Source: an uncultured Actinomycetes bacterium (GTDB taxonomy: Bacteria; Actinomycetota; Thermoleophilia; UBA2241). Taken from it: a stretch of 64,000 bases of DNA. Of this stretch, positions 9,674 through 18,719 are shown piece by piece. The position numbers and the translations under genes are program-made. Location: positions 192,001 to 256,000 of the forward strand of contig CAVPVX010000007.1 in assembly GCA_963709345.1 (NCBI GenBank), written 5' to 3'. A model generated the notes under the pieces. That model worked only from the letters and a program-made list of their open reading frames with translations. It was not told where the DNA came from and made no database searches. Numbering within the stretch: the stretch's first letter is position 1; each line of letters starts with the position of its first letter.

Positions 9674-9993
9674 GACTGTCCTGCCGCCTCGAGCCGGTCG
9701 AGGCGCTCGAGCACGTCGCCGAGCGCCTTCTCGATGCGGTCGAGCGGATTGCCCGGAGCCGGCGCGGCTGCGGCCTGCGCGTCGCCCGCCGGCGCGGTCT
9801 CACTCTGCGCGGCGCGCTGCCAGCCGGTGAGTCCCGTCGCGTGGTACTGGTTGCGCCGGCCGTAGCCGCCGCCCCGGCCGCGACCCATGCCGGCGCCGCG
9901 ACCCGCGCCCGGTACATCGGTCGCGCACCAGCCGCGCTTGCCTCCCGTCATCGAGCCGTAGCCCACGGGTCCTGTGCCGTCCATCCCTGGCAT
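9670..9993 (-). CDS. DUF5320-family protein
   Basis: MPGMDGTGPVGYGSMTGGKRGWC...ATGLTGW, C-terminal coiled coil; GGAGGGAGG RBS. Confidence 0.85.
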   Translation of the reverse strand: MPGMDGTGPVGYGSMTGGKRGWCATDVPGAGRGAGMGRGRGGGYGRRNQYHATGLTGWQRAAQSETAPAGDAQAAAAPAPGNPLDRIEKALGDVLERLDRLEAAGQS

Positions 9994-10040
9994 GACGCCT
10001 CCCTCCGTCGGCGGCGATCGGGCGCCGCCGGTCACGTTGT

Positions 10041-10083
10041 TATGAGCATATGCCCATATTACACCATTGCAGCGCCGTTTCAA
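10041..10083 (-). promoter_or_regulatory. Sigma70-like promoter (TTGAAA-N16-TAATAT) with overlapping palindrome ATGGGCATATGCTCAT, at the head of the Fe-S operon
   Basis: Read from the sequence; AT-rich island in a GC-rich background. Confidence 0.7.
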
Positions 10084-10244
10084 ACACCGCAGTGAGGCGA
10101 TCTGCTCCCGGCGGTGGACGCCTCGCCGTCGACGCCTTCACGCAGCGGCCGCCGCCCCACTGCCGTCAAGCCGATGTGGCCGCAGTCCGATGAACGGGTA
10201 CGAAGTCACCCACAGGAGCCAACCAAGTCCCCGGAGGGAGTCTC

Positions 10245-10919
10245 ATGGATGTGGAGTTCCAGAACGGCCCGGCCTTCACCGTCGCAGTGGTGAAGATGAC
10301 CCCCGGCGAGCAGCTGCGCGCCGAGGGAGGCGCGATGCTCAGCATGACCACCGGCACGCAGATCGAGACGACCACGCAGGGCGGGGTCCTGAAGGGCCTC
10401 AAGCGCTCGCTCTCGGGCGAGTCGTTCTTCATGAACACCTTCACGGCGCCCGCCACCGGCGGCGAGATGGTGCTGGCCCACGCCCTGCCCGGCGACATGT
10501 CGTACATCGACCAGCAGGGCGACACGTGGCTGTACCACAGGGACGGCTTCGTCGCCTCCGAGATGTCGATCGACCTCGACACCAAGTGGGGCGGCCTCAA
10601 GGGCGCCTTCGGGGCCTCGTCGTTCTTCGTCGTCAAGTGCTCGGGACGCGGCAAAGTGATCTTCGCGACCTACGGGGCCCTTCGCCGCGTCGACCTCGAA
10701 GCCGGGCAGCAGTACACGGTCGACAGCGGGCACCTCGTGGCGTGGCACGAGGCGATGCCCATCCAGGTGCAGAAGGTCGGCGGCCTCAAGTCGCTCTTCT
10801 TCTCCGGGGAGGGCTTCGTCGTCACGCTCACCGGCCCGGGCACCTTCTTCATGCAGACCCGCAGCGAGTCGGCGTTCGTGAGCTGGCTGGTCCCGTACCT
10901 GCCGAAGAGCAGCAACTGA
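10245..10919 (+). CDS. TIGR00266/AIM24-family protein
   Basis: AEGGAM, LSGESFFMN, VDSGHLVAW, FSGEG...LTGPG. Confidence 0.88.
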   Translation: MDVEFQNGPAFTVAVVKMTPGEQLRAEGGAMLSMTTGTQIETTTQGGVLKGLKRSLSGESFFMNTFTAPATGGEMVLAHALPGDMSYIDQQGDTWLYHRDGFVASEMSIDLDTKWGGLKGAFGASSFFVVKCSGRGKVIFATYGALRRVDLEAGQQYTVDSGHLVAWHEAMPIQVQKVGGLKSLFFSGEGFVVTLTGPGTFFMQTRSESAFVSWLVPYLPKSSN

Positions 10920-11174
10920 CGATCACGCGCCGAGCGATCAGTCGCGCGATTGCGCAGGCGCCCGCTGCGATCGCGGCGCGGAGAGGGCAGCCCGGAGAGC
11001 AGGTTGAGGCGCGGGAGTCAGTGGCACGAGTGGGACGTCTCCACGAAGCGTGCCAAGCGGCCCGGCCGCGCCTGGACCCACAAGGCCATGCATCACCCCG
11101 CGACCCGGATCGGCGAGATGAGACACGGGAAGTCGTGACCGCGGCAGCCGCTCGCCGGGGAGGGACGCGTGCAA

Positions 11175-11206
11175 AGGGCCCGGCGGCCTCGCGGCCGCCG
11201 GGCCCT
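11175..11206. terminator. GC-rich hairpin between convergent genes
   Basis: agggcccggcggcc-tcgc-ggccgccgggccct, perfect 14-bp stem. Confidence 0.6.
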
Positions 11207-11219
11207 GTACCGCCGATGG

Positions 11220-11798
11220 TCAGGCGTTCAGCTTCTTGAGCGTCCAGGCCATGGTCCGGCCTAGAGTCGCCATCGTCGCCAGGCCTTCCTCGTCGTTCTC
11301 GACGTCGCCGGCCTCACGGCCGATGCCGATGTTCCAGTAGCTCGAGCCGACGAGGATCATCTCGTTGATGCCGAACCAGTGGTTGATGCTGTCGAAAGCG
11401 TGGATGGCCCCTCCGCGCCTGGCGGCGACCACGGCCGCACCCACCTTGCGCGCCAGCGGGTTGCCGCTCTTGCGCGTCGCGTACCCGGCGCGTTCCATCA
11501 ACGCCTGCGTGTTCGTGGTGCAGTTGGCGTAGTACGTCGGTGAGCCGATGAGGATGCCGTCCGCAGCGACCATCTTCTCGATGCACGCGTTCATGCCGTC
11601 GTCCTTGAGCCCCGAGCAGCTGTTGTCCTTGGTCTCGGCGCACTTGAGACAGGCGTTGCAGCCGGCGAAACGCTTGTTGTTGAGCTGGATGAGCTCGGTC
11701 TCGATTCCCTCGGCCTCGAGCTCGGCGAACACGCGCCGCAACAGGATGGCGGTGTTGCCGTCCTTGCGAGTGCTGCCGTTGAACGCCACAACCTTCAT
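11220..11798 (-). CDS. Iron-sulfur flavoprotein / flavodoxin-like FMN reductase family
   Basis: NGSTRKDGNT, GCNACLKC...C, GSPTYY, ARRGG. Confidence 0.88.
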   Translation of the reverse strand: MKVVAFNGSTRKDGNTAILLRRVFAELEAEGIETELIQLNNKRFAGCNACLKCAETKDNSCSGLKDDGMNACIEKMVAADGILIGSPTYYANCTTNTQALMERAGYATRKSGNPLARKVGAAVVAARRGGAIHAFDSINHWFGINEMILVGSSYWNIGIGREAGDVENDEEGLATMATLGRTMAWTLKKLNA

Positions 11799-11882
11799 CA
11801 CGCCTCCATCTCTTGGTTCGTCCATCGTCCGGGGTCCGGAGCGCGCCCGTCAGGCGGTTGTCCCCGGCTCCGGCATACCGGT

Positions 11883-12452
11883 CTACACGACCTCGAGAGC
11901 GCCGATCAGGTCGGCCATGTGCCTCTGGGCCTCGCGTGCCGTGCACGAGACACCCGGCAGCGGGAAGGCGAAGACACGCCGGCCGAAGGTGCGCATGAGG
12001 TCGTCGTTGAAGCCGTACGTGCTCTTGTGCTCCCAGCCGAAGGAGTAGCGGAGCACCTTGTCCAGCGATCCCTTGTACACGAAGACGAGGATGCGCGGCC
12101 GCAATGTGGCGGCGAGCACGTTCACCCGCTCCCAGCCGCACTCGTATTCGTCCCGGCCGGGCTCGTCCCCGAAGGGGCGCGGCACTTTGCAGAGGTCGGT
12201 GACCCCGAACCCGTGCTCGAGCAGCGTGTCGTCGGCGAAGCTACCGGGCCGGACGTGCAGCAGCCCGGCGTCCGCGAGCCGCTTCCAGAGGCCCTTGCCC
12301 ATCCGCCCCTCGAAGTAGTGCCCCGCCTCGACGCTCGCCGGCGAAGGAGTCTTGCCGATGAACAGCGCCCGCAGGGTGCCTTGCTCCGGCAGGATGTCGG
12401 CGAGCGTCGCCACCTCGTGCCCGTCCACGCTGATCCGCGTGAGATGTGTCAT
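11883..12452 (-). CDS. Uracil-DNA glycosylase-like protein (Mug/TDG-like)
   Basis: TLADILP, FIGKTPSPASVEAGHYF, GFGVTDL; overlaps the DUF2779 stop (ATGA). Confidence 0.7.
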   Translation of the reverse strand: MTHLTRISVDGHEVATLADILPEQGTLRALFIGKTPSPASVEAGHYFEGRMGKGLWKRLADAGLLHVRPGSFADDTLLEHGFGVTDLCKVPRPFGDEPGRDEYECGWERVNVLAATLRPRILVFVYKGSLDKVLRYSFGWEHKSTYGFNDDLMRTFGRRVFAFPLPGVSCTAREAQRHMADLIGALEVV

Positions 12453-13858
12453 GACGACGGGGAGCCCGAGCCGGCGAGCCTGTGCGCGACGCGCATCAGA
12501 GCGAGCGTGTCGAGGGCACAGTACTCCAGCAACGAATCTCGCAGGGCCGCGCGGCGCTCGTCGGAGGTCTCCGCGTCGATAGCCTCGTGGTAGGCGGCCT
12601 GAGCCGACAGACCGTCCCGCACCTCGTCGAGCAGGGCGTGGCCGAGGCCGGAGTCAACGGTCGGCAGGACCGCCTTGAGCGAGTACGACCCGTTCAAAGC
12701 CGGGTGCTGGTAGTGATCGCGCGTCAGACGCAGCAGGTCGACAAGTCGCCCGGTGACGGCCTCGAGACCGGGCGCCAGGTCGGGGAACATGCGCGCCATC
12801 TCGACGAGGCGCCACTTCTCGAAGTCGTGATAGACGAAGATCGGCCCCCTGTCGCCGACGGCCTCGAGCAGCGCCTCCGCCGCGGCGCGCATCGGCGCGT
12901 CTCCGCCGGTGTCGAGGAACGCGCTGTGCGTGACCGCCCCCGCGTGATCCTCGACGTGACACGACCACTGGAAGACCAACTGCTGATAGGGGCTCGTCCC
13001 GGCCCAGCGCGGCACCGCGAACTGCACGGTCTCGAAGTCGACGTAGTAGCGCGGGTACGAGAGCGTCGCGAGAAAGGCCGCGGCGGCCGGATCGAGGATC
13101 CCGAGCGCAGGGTCGGGCGCCTGCGGGACGCAGGCGCCCGCAGGGTCGCGCTCCTCGTCCGGACCACAGCGCGGCTTGCCTTCCTGCTCCTCGCAGAACG
13201 CGATGAAGGGGCATTCGAACGGGCGGCGGCATTGGGGGCCGGTGCGGATCGCCGGCAGCGGGCCGCCGAGCAGCTCGTTGAAGCCGCGCACCCAGCCCGG
13301 GATGTGCGCCATCAGAGGGCGCGCCTGGTCCGCCACCGGGATCTCGCGCAGCAAGCCGTGATAGTCCCCGTCGCCGGGGTACACGTAGCCGGTGTCGATC
13401 ACTGCGACGCTCATGCCGTCCAGCGGCACGCCCGATCCCTCGGCGACCCAGCCTTGGATGGCCACATCCTGCAGGTGATACTCCTTGAGGCGCGTCGCCG
13501 ACTTGACCTCGACCATGCGGTAACGCCCACCGCGACGCTGCAGCACATCGGCCCGGATGAGCACGCCGCGATGGCGGAACGTCGCCTCGAAGAGGGTGAC
13601 GTCGCCGGCCTCGGCCAGCGCGTCTTCGGTCTGGCTCAGCGCGCGGCTGAGCGGGACGCCTTCGCCGACGAGAGTGCCGTCGCCGTACAGCTCCCGCGCG
13701 ACCTCGCCGACGCCGTGCCCCGCCGCGAAGCGGCGCCGCGTGTCGGCGCTGTACTCCTCGAGCTCGGGACGATGGATGGCAAGCCACAGCCGCTTGCCGC
13801 ATTGGAGGCCGGCGGTGATCCGTGACTTGGAGAGGCGGAAGGTGCGCACATGACCCAT
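12449..13858 (-). CDS. DUF2779-containing protein (PD-(D/E)xK nuclease-like N-domain plus RNase H-like C-domain)
   Basis: LSKS...QCGKRLWL, RADVL...EVKS, DVAIQ, DFET...PYQQLVFQWS, GSYSLK, YCALDT. Confidence 0.85.
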   Translation of the reverse strand: MGHVRTFRLSKSRITAGLQCGKRLWLAIHRPELEEYSADTRRRFAAGHGVGEVARELYGDGTLVGEGVPLSRALSQTEDALAEAGDVTLFEATFRHRGVLIRADVLQRRGGRYRMVEVKSATRLKEYHLQDVAIQGWVAEGSGVPLDGMSVAVIDTGYVYPGDGDYHGLLREIPVADQARPLMAHIPGWVRGFNELLGGPLPAIRTGPQCRRPFECPFIAFCEEQEGKPRCGPDEERDPAGACVPQAPDPALGILDPAAAAFLATLSYPRYYVDFETVQFAVPRWAGTSPYQQLVFQWSCHVEDHAGAVTHSAFLDTGGDAPMRAAAEALLEAVGDRGPIFVYHDFEKWRLVEMARMFPDLAPGLEAVTGRLVDLLRLTRDHYQHPALNGSYSLKAVLPTVDSGLGHALLDEVRDGLSAQAAYHEAIDAETSDERRAALRDSLLEYCALDTLALMRVAHRLAGSGSPSS

Positions 13859-13913
13859 TGTATCCCTCTTCGACCCTCCGGGCTCCGTCCAGAGCCTGTG
13901 GTAGTGTCGCGAC

Positions 13914-15104
13914 ATGAGGCTCATCCACACGGCCGACTGGCACCTGGGGCGGCTCTTCCACAACGTCCACCTCACTCAGGACCAGGAGTACGTGCTCAGA
14001 CAACTCGTGGCCCTCGTGGCCGAGGTGAAACCGGCCGCCGTGCTCGTCGCCGGCGACCTGTACGATCGCGCCGTCCCCCCGACCGAAGCGGTCGACCTTC
14101 TCGACGACGTCCTCACAGAGATCGTCGTCGGACGCGGTGTCCCCGTCATCGCCATCGCCGGCAACCACGACAGCGCCGTGCGCGTGGGGTTCGCCTCGGC
14201 GCTGCTGCGCGAACGCGGCCTGCACCTGGTCGGCGAGCTGCCGCAGGCGGCCTCGCCCGTCATGCTGCGCGACGACCACGGGCCGGTCCACATCCACACG
14301 CTGCCCTTCGCCGACCCGGCCGAGGCCCGCCACGCCTACGGTGACGACACGATCCACGACCAGCAAGCCGTGGTCGCGGCCGGCGTCGCGCGGGCGCTCG
14401 CGGCGACCCCCGTCGCGGAACGCCGCGTCGCCGTGGCGCACGCCTTCGTCACCGGCGCGCTCGAGAGCGAGAGCGAGCGGCCGCTCAGCGTCGGCGGCGC
14501 GTCGCAGGTGCCCGCCGCCGTCTTCGACGGCTTTGAGTACGCCGCCCTCGGTCACCTTCACCGCCCGCAGCGCTGCGGCCGCGACGCCGTCCGCTACGCC
14601 GGCTCGCTGCTCAAGTATTCGTTCGCCGAGCACGCTCACGAGAAGTCGGTCACCGTCCTGGACATCGGCGCCCCCGGCAGCGCCGGCGGCGAGGCAGGCG
14701 CCGCCGGCCGCGCGCGCGTCGACCTGGAGTCCGTACCGCTCACTCCCCGGCGCGATGTGCGCCGGCTCGAGGGCACCCTCGCCGACCTCGTCGCTCAGGC
14801 CGCTGCCGACCCGCACCGCGACGACTACGTCCAGGCCGCCCTGCTCGACTGCGGCGCCCTGCTCGACCCCATCGGCCGCCTGCGCGCAGGCTACCCGAAC
14901 ACCCTCTCGATCGAGCGGCCGCTCTACCAGGCGGCCGGAGCCGGCGGTGAGCGCCGTCCACGACCGGGCAGCGTCGGCGACCTCGAGCTCTTCGGCGCGT
15001 TCTTCGACTACGCCACCGGTGAGGTCCTCGACGCGCCGCAGCGCGAGGCGCTCGCGGCGGTGGTCGACCGGCTCGAGCGTCGCCGGCGCGAGGCTCCGGG
15101 ATGA
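13914..15104 (+). CDS. sbcD: Exonuclease SbcCD subunit D
   Basis: HTADWHLG, AGDLYDR, AGNHDS, ALGHLHRPQ, YAGSLLKYSF. Confidence 0.95.
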   Translation: MRLIHTADWHLGRLFHNVHLTQDQEYVLRQLVALVAEVKPAAVLVAGDLYDRAVPPTEAVDLLDDVLTEIVVGRGVPVIAIAGNHDSAVRVGFASALLRERGLHLVGELPQAASPVMLRDDHGPVHIHTLPFADPAEARHAYGDDTIHDQQAVVAAGVARALAATPVAERRVAVAHAFVTGALESESERPLSVGGASQVPAAVFDGFEYAALGHLHRPQRCGRDAVRYAGSLLKYSFAEHAHEKSVTVLDIGAPGSAGGEAGAAGRARVDLESVPLTPRRDVRRLEGTLADLVAQAAADPHRDDYVQAALLDCGALLDPIGRLRAGYPNTLSIERPLYQAAGAGGERRPRPGSVGDLELFGAFFDYATGEVLDAPQREALAAVVDRLERRRREAPG

Positions 15105-17725
15105 AGCCCCTGGCTGTCACCATGCAGGCCTTCGGCCCCTACGCGGACGTCCAGACGCTGGACTTCGCCGACCTGCGGGGCGCAGGCTTCTTCCTCATCA
15201 CCGGTCCCACCGGATCGGGCAAGACCACCGTCCTCGACGCGATGTCGTTCGCGCTCTACGGCGACACCAGTGGCGGCCCGGAGCATGAGGGAGGCCGCAC
15301 CGGCGCGGCGATGCGCAGCGACCATGCCGACCCCGGCACTCTTACCCTTGTTCGCTTCGACTTCTCCATCGGAGGCGACCTCTATCGCGTGGAGCGCATC
15401 CCGGAGCAGGAGCGCCCGAGCCGTCGCTCGTCGGGGACCACGACGCAGAAGCAGGAGGCCACGCTGTGGGCCCTGCGCGCCGGCCCGGGCGCCCCAGACG
15501 TCGACGGCGCTCCCCTGGCGACCGGCTGGACCAAGGTGAGCGCGAAGGCCGAGGACGTCCTCGGGTTCCGCGGCGAGCAGTTCCGGCAGGTCGTGATGCT
15601 GCCGCAGGGGCGCTTCCAGCAGTTGCTCGAGGCGGACTCGGCCCAGCGCGAGCAGATCCTCCGGGCCCTGTTCGACACGGGCCACTACGCGGCCATCGAG
15701 CTGGCCCTCAAAGATGAAGCCGCCTCCCTGCGGCGTGCGGCGGAGAAGGTCGTCACGAGACGCGACGAGATCCTCCGCCAGGCGGGAACCGAAAGCGCCG
15801 ACGACCTGAGCGAGCGCTGCGCCCGGCTCAGCGTGGAGGCCGGCGACGCGGCGCGGCACGCCCTCGTCGCCGAGAGCGAGCGCGAGGCGGCGCAGAAGGC
15901 CCTCGGCGAGGGCCTCGACGCCGCCGCCAGGCTGCGCGAGCGCGACGCTGCCCGAGCCCTGCTCGACGAGCTGGCGGAGCAGGAGAGCACGATCGAGGAG
16001 CGCCGCACCGAACTCGACGCCGCGCGGCGGGCCGCGACCGTGGCGGATGTCGCGCGCCAGGCCGCCGAGACGGAGGAGGCGGCGTCGGACGCCCGCCTGG
16101 CCGCGGAAGCCGCGACCGCCGCCGCCGAAAGAGCGGCCGCCACACGAGCCGCGGCTGTCGCGGCCCTCGACGTCGAAGTCTCACGGACCGAAGCTCGAGA
16201 GCACGCAAGCGCGGAGGTCACCCGCTTCGAGGCCTTCGTCGCCGGGGCGGGAGCGCTCGCCGAGGCCAGGGTTGCGGTCTCCGAGGCGACCGCCGTCGTC
16301 GTCGCACGCCGCCGCGACGCCCAGGCGGCGGATGCCGCCTGGGCCGCCGCCCGCGACCAGCTTGCGGGGCTCGACGCCCGCTGGCGCGACGCCCAGGCCG
16401 GGCTGCTCGCCTCCCGCCTCGCCGACGGCAGCCCCTGCCCCGTCTGCGGTTCGCCCGAGCATCCCGCGCCGGCCGCGCTCCCCGGCGCGGCGCCGTCCGG
16501 CGACGAGGTCGACGCGGCCCGCACCATGTTCGAGGCCGCCGCGGCCACGCGCGACTCGGCGGCGGCCGCCGCGGCACCTGCGGTCGCCGCGCTCGCCCGC
16601 GCGGAGGCCCTCGCCGGCGCGCGGGCGGAGGGCCTTCCGGACGATCTCAGGGACTCCAAGGCCCTGGCGGCGGCGCTCACGGCCGCCAAACGCCACAGCA
16701 CCGAGCTTCGCGAAGCGCACGAGCGGGCGCAGGCGGCCGAGCGCGACGCCGAGATCGCCGTCTCGCGCCGTGAAGCGGAGCGCGCCGCCGCGGCGGCGAC
16801 GCTCGTCGCCGCCCTCGAGACGTCCGCCACGGCGGCGACGAGGTTCGGCGAGCGCCTCGCTGCCGCCGGCTTCGCCACCGGGGCGGACCTCCAGGGGGCA
16901 CGACGCGACCCCAAGGTCGTCGAGCAGCTGGCCGGCCTCGTCGAAGAGCACGAACGGGCGACGATCAAGGCCGGGGAGCGGCTTCGCCTCGCGGAGAAGG
17001 CCGCCACCGGCCTGCTGCCACCGGACGTTCCCGCACTGGAGGCGGCGGCGGCGACTGCCACCGCCGCCGCACGCAACGCCCGTGACGCGGCGGCGGCGCT
17101 CCAGGCGAGCGCCGAGGTGGCCGAGAGCCAGCTGGCCCGTCTCGGCCAGCTCGCCGACGAGGCCGCCGTCCTCGAGGAGCAGTACGCCGTCACCGGTCGC
17201 CTGGCCGACGTCGCCAACCGCCGCAACCCCCTCGGCCTGTCGTTCCAGAGCTACGTCCTCGGCGCCTTCCTCGACGACGTCCTGGTCGCCGCTTCCGAGC
17301 GCCTGCGTGAGATGACCAAGAGCCGCTACAGCCTCGAGCGCACCGAGCAGCGCAGCGGCCGCAAGCAGGCGGCCGGACTCGGACTGCTCGCCTACGACGC
17401 CTGGACGGGCGTCTCCAGGGCCGTGACCACGCTCTCGGGAGGCGAGAAGTTCATGGCTGCTCTGGCCCTGGCGCTCGGACTCGCCGAGGTCGTGCAGGCG
17501 CACGCCGGTGGCATCCGGCTCGAGACGGTGTTCGTCGACGAGGGCTTCGGCTCGCTCGACGACGAGTCGCTGGATCTCGCGGTCGGCTCACTGATGCGCC
17601 TCAACGAAGGCGGCAGACTCGTCGGGATCATCTCGCACGTGAGCGAGCTCAGAGAGCGCATCGACGCGCGCCTCGACGTGACCGCCGGGAAGCGCGGCAG
17701 CAGTGCGTGCTTCGTCGTGCCCTGA
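15101..17725 (+). CDS. sbcC: Exonuclease SbcCD subunit C (SMC-family ATPase)
   Basis: Walker A GPTGSGKT, LPQGRF, zinc hook CPVCG, LSGGE, FVDEGFGSLD, IISH; ATGA overlap with sbcD. Confidence 0.95.
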   Translation: MKPLAVTMQAFGPYADVQTLDFADLRGAGFFLITGPTGSGKTTVLDAMSFALYGDTSGGPEHEGGRTGAAMRSDHADPGTLTLVRFDFSIGGDLYRVERIPEQERPSRRSSGTTTQKQEATLWALRAGPGAPDVDGAPLATGWTKVSAKAEDVLGFRGEQFRQVVMLPQGRFQQLLEADSAQREQILRALFDTGHYAAIELALKDEAASLRRAAEKVVTRRDEILRQAGTESADDLSERCARLSVEAGDAARHALVAESEREAAQKALGEGLDAAARLRERDAARALLDELAEQESTIEERRTELDAARRAATVADVARQAAETEEAASDARLAAEAATAAAERAAATRAAAVAALDVEVSRTEAREHASAEVTRFEAFVAGAGALAEARVAVSEATAVVVARRRDAQAADAAWAAARDQLAGLDARWRDAQAGLLASRLADGSPCPVCGSPEHPAPAALPGAAPSGDEVDAARTMFEAAAATRDSAAAAAAPAVAALARAEALAGARAEGLPDDLRDSKALAAALTAAKRHSTELREAHERAQAAERDAEIAVSRREAERAAAAATLVAALETSATAATRFGERLAAAGFATGADLQGARRDPKVVEQLAGLVEEHERATIKAGERLRLAEKAATGLLPPDVPALEAAAATATAAARNARDAAAALQASAEVAESQLARLGQLADEAAVLEEQYAVTGRLADVANRRNPLGLSFQSYVLGAFLDDVLVAASERLREMTKSRYSLERTEQRSGRKQAAGLGLLAYDAWTGVSRAVTTLSGGEKFMAALALALGLAEVVQAHAGGIRLETVFVDEGFGSLDDESLDLAVGSLMRLNEGGRLVGIISHVSELRERIDARLDVTAGKRGSSACFVVP

Positions 17726-17744
17726 CCAGGGGGATACTGGGATC

Positions 17745-17909
17745 ATGCACGCGCAGCGCAGAAGAATGGCTCTGATCCTCTTCGTCGTCGCCGTCGTGGC
17801 GGTGGCTGCGTTCGCGTTCGGCATCACGTTGTGCATCGACTGGGGCGGCGCGAGCAGCCCGCCACACTTCTACGTCCGGCCGGCAGTGCTCACGCTCCTT
17901 CTCGTCTGA
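17745..17909 (+). CDS. Possible small membrane protein
   Basis: 54 aa, basic N-terminus plus hydrophobic segment; weak RBS. Confidence 0.35.
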   Translation: MHAQRRRMALILFVVAVVAVAAFAFGITLCIDWGGASSPPHFYVRPAVLTLLLV

Positions 17910-17969
17910 GCCGGCCGGCCCGGTGCGCATAGAGCCCATCAGCATCATCGCACGCACTTGGGAGGCCAC

Positions 17970-18713
17970 GTGAGCGCACTCATCCAGCCCGACCCGACCA
18001 CGCTGATCGCCGCGCTCGACCTCGTCACCCCGCCGACCGGCGTGTACGACGCCCCGGACCCCACGGCGTTCGCGCCCCTCGTCACGCCCGACCCGGAGCA
18101 CGGCCACGGCGCCTGCATCTTCACCTACTACGGCCACTGGCTCGAGGGCCGGACGCTGCTCCTCACCGCCGACGACTTCGGCTGCGGCGGCTGCGGCCGC
18201 GCCTTCTTCGGCGTGCGGACGCGCTCGCGAGATGCCTACATCGACTTCCTCTGGCGGGACGAAGGCCTCCGCGCGACCCGCGAGCTCATGGCGGAGTGGC
18301 TCGACAACGCGCCTACCTACCGGCCCGAGCACGGCAACGTGCTCATCGGGCCGCTACGGCCGGCGCAGGCCGAGTACCTCAAGACCGTCACGTTCTGGGT
18401 CAACCCCGATCAGCTCAGCGTCCTTCAACACGGTGCCTACCACCACCATGCCTGGGGGACGCCCGACCCCGTGACCGTCCCCTTCGGTTCGGGCTGCTCC
18501 GAGCTCGTCGTACCCTTCCGCGACCTCTCGCTACCGCAGGCGGCGATCGGCGGCACCGACGTCGCCATGCGCGGCGACATCCCCGCCGGCGTCCTCGCGT
18601 TCACCGTCACCGTCCCGATGCTCGCCCGGCTGTGCGCACTCGGCGAGCAGAGCTTCCTCGGCAAGGGGTTCCTGGCCCGGCTGCGCGAGTCTCGCGGCGG
18701 ATCGCTGGCCTGA
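17970..18713 (+). CDS. DUF169-family protein
   Basis: GCGG, NPDQLS, PFGSGC, IGGTDVAMR; GGAGG RBS before GTG. Confidence 0.78.
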   Translation: MSALIQPDPTTLIAALDLVTPPTGVYDAPDPTAFAPLVTPDPEHGHGACIFTYYGHWLEGRTLLLTADDFGCGGCGRAFFGVRTRSRDAYIDFLWRDEGLRATRELMAEWLDNAPTYRPEHGNVLIGPLRPAQAEYLKTVTFWVNPDQLSVLQHGAYHHHAWGTPDPVTVPFGSGCSELVVPFRDLSLPQAAIGGTDVAMRGDIPAGVLAFTVTVPMLARLCALGEQSFLGKGFLARLRESRGGSLA

Positions 18714-18719
18714 GACCGG

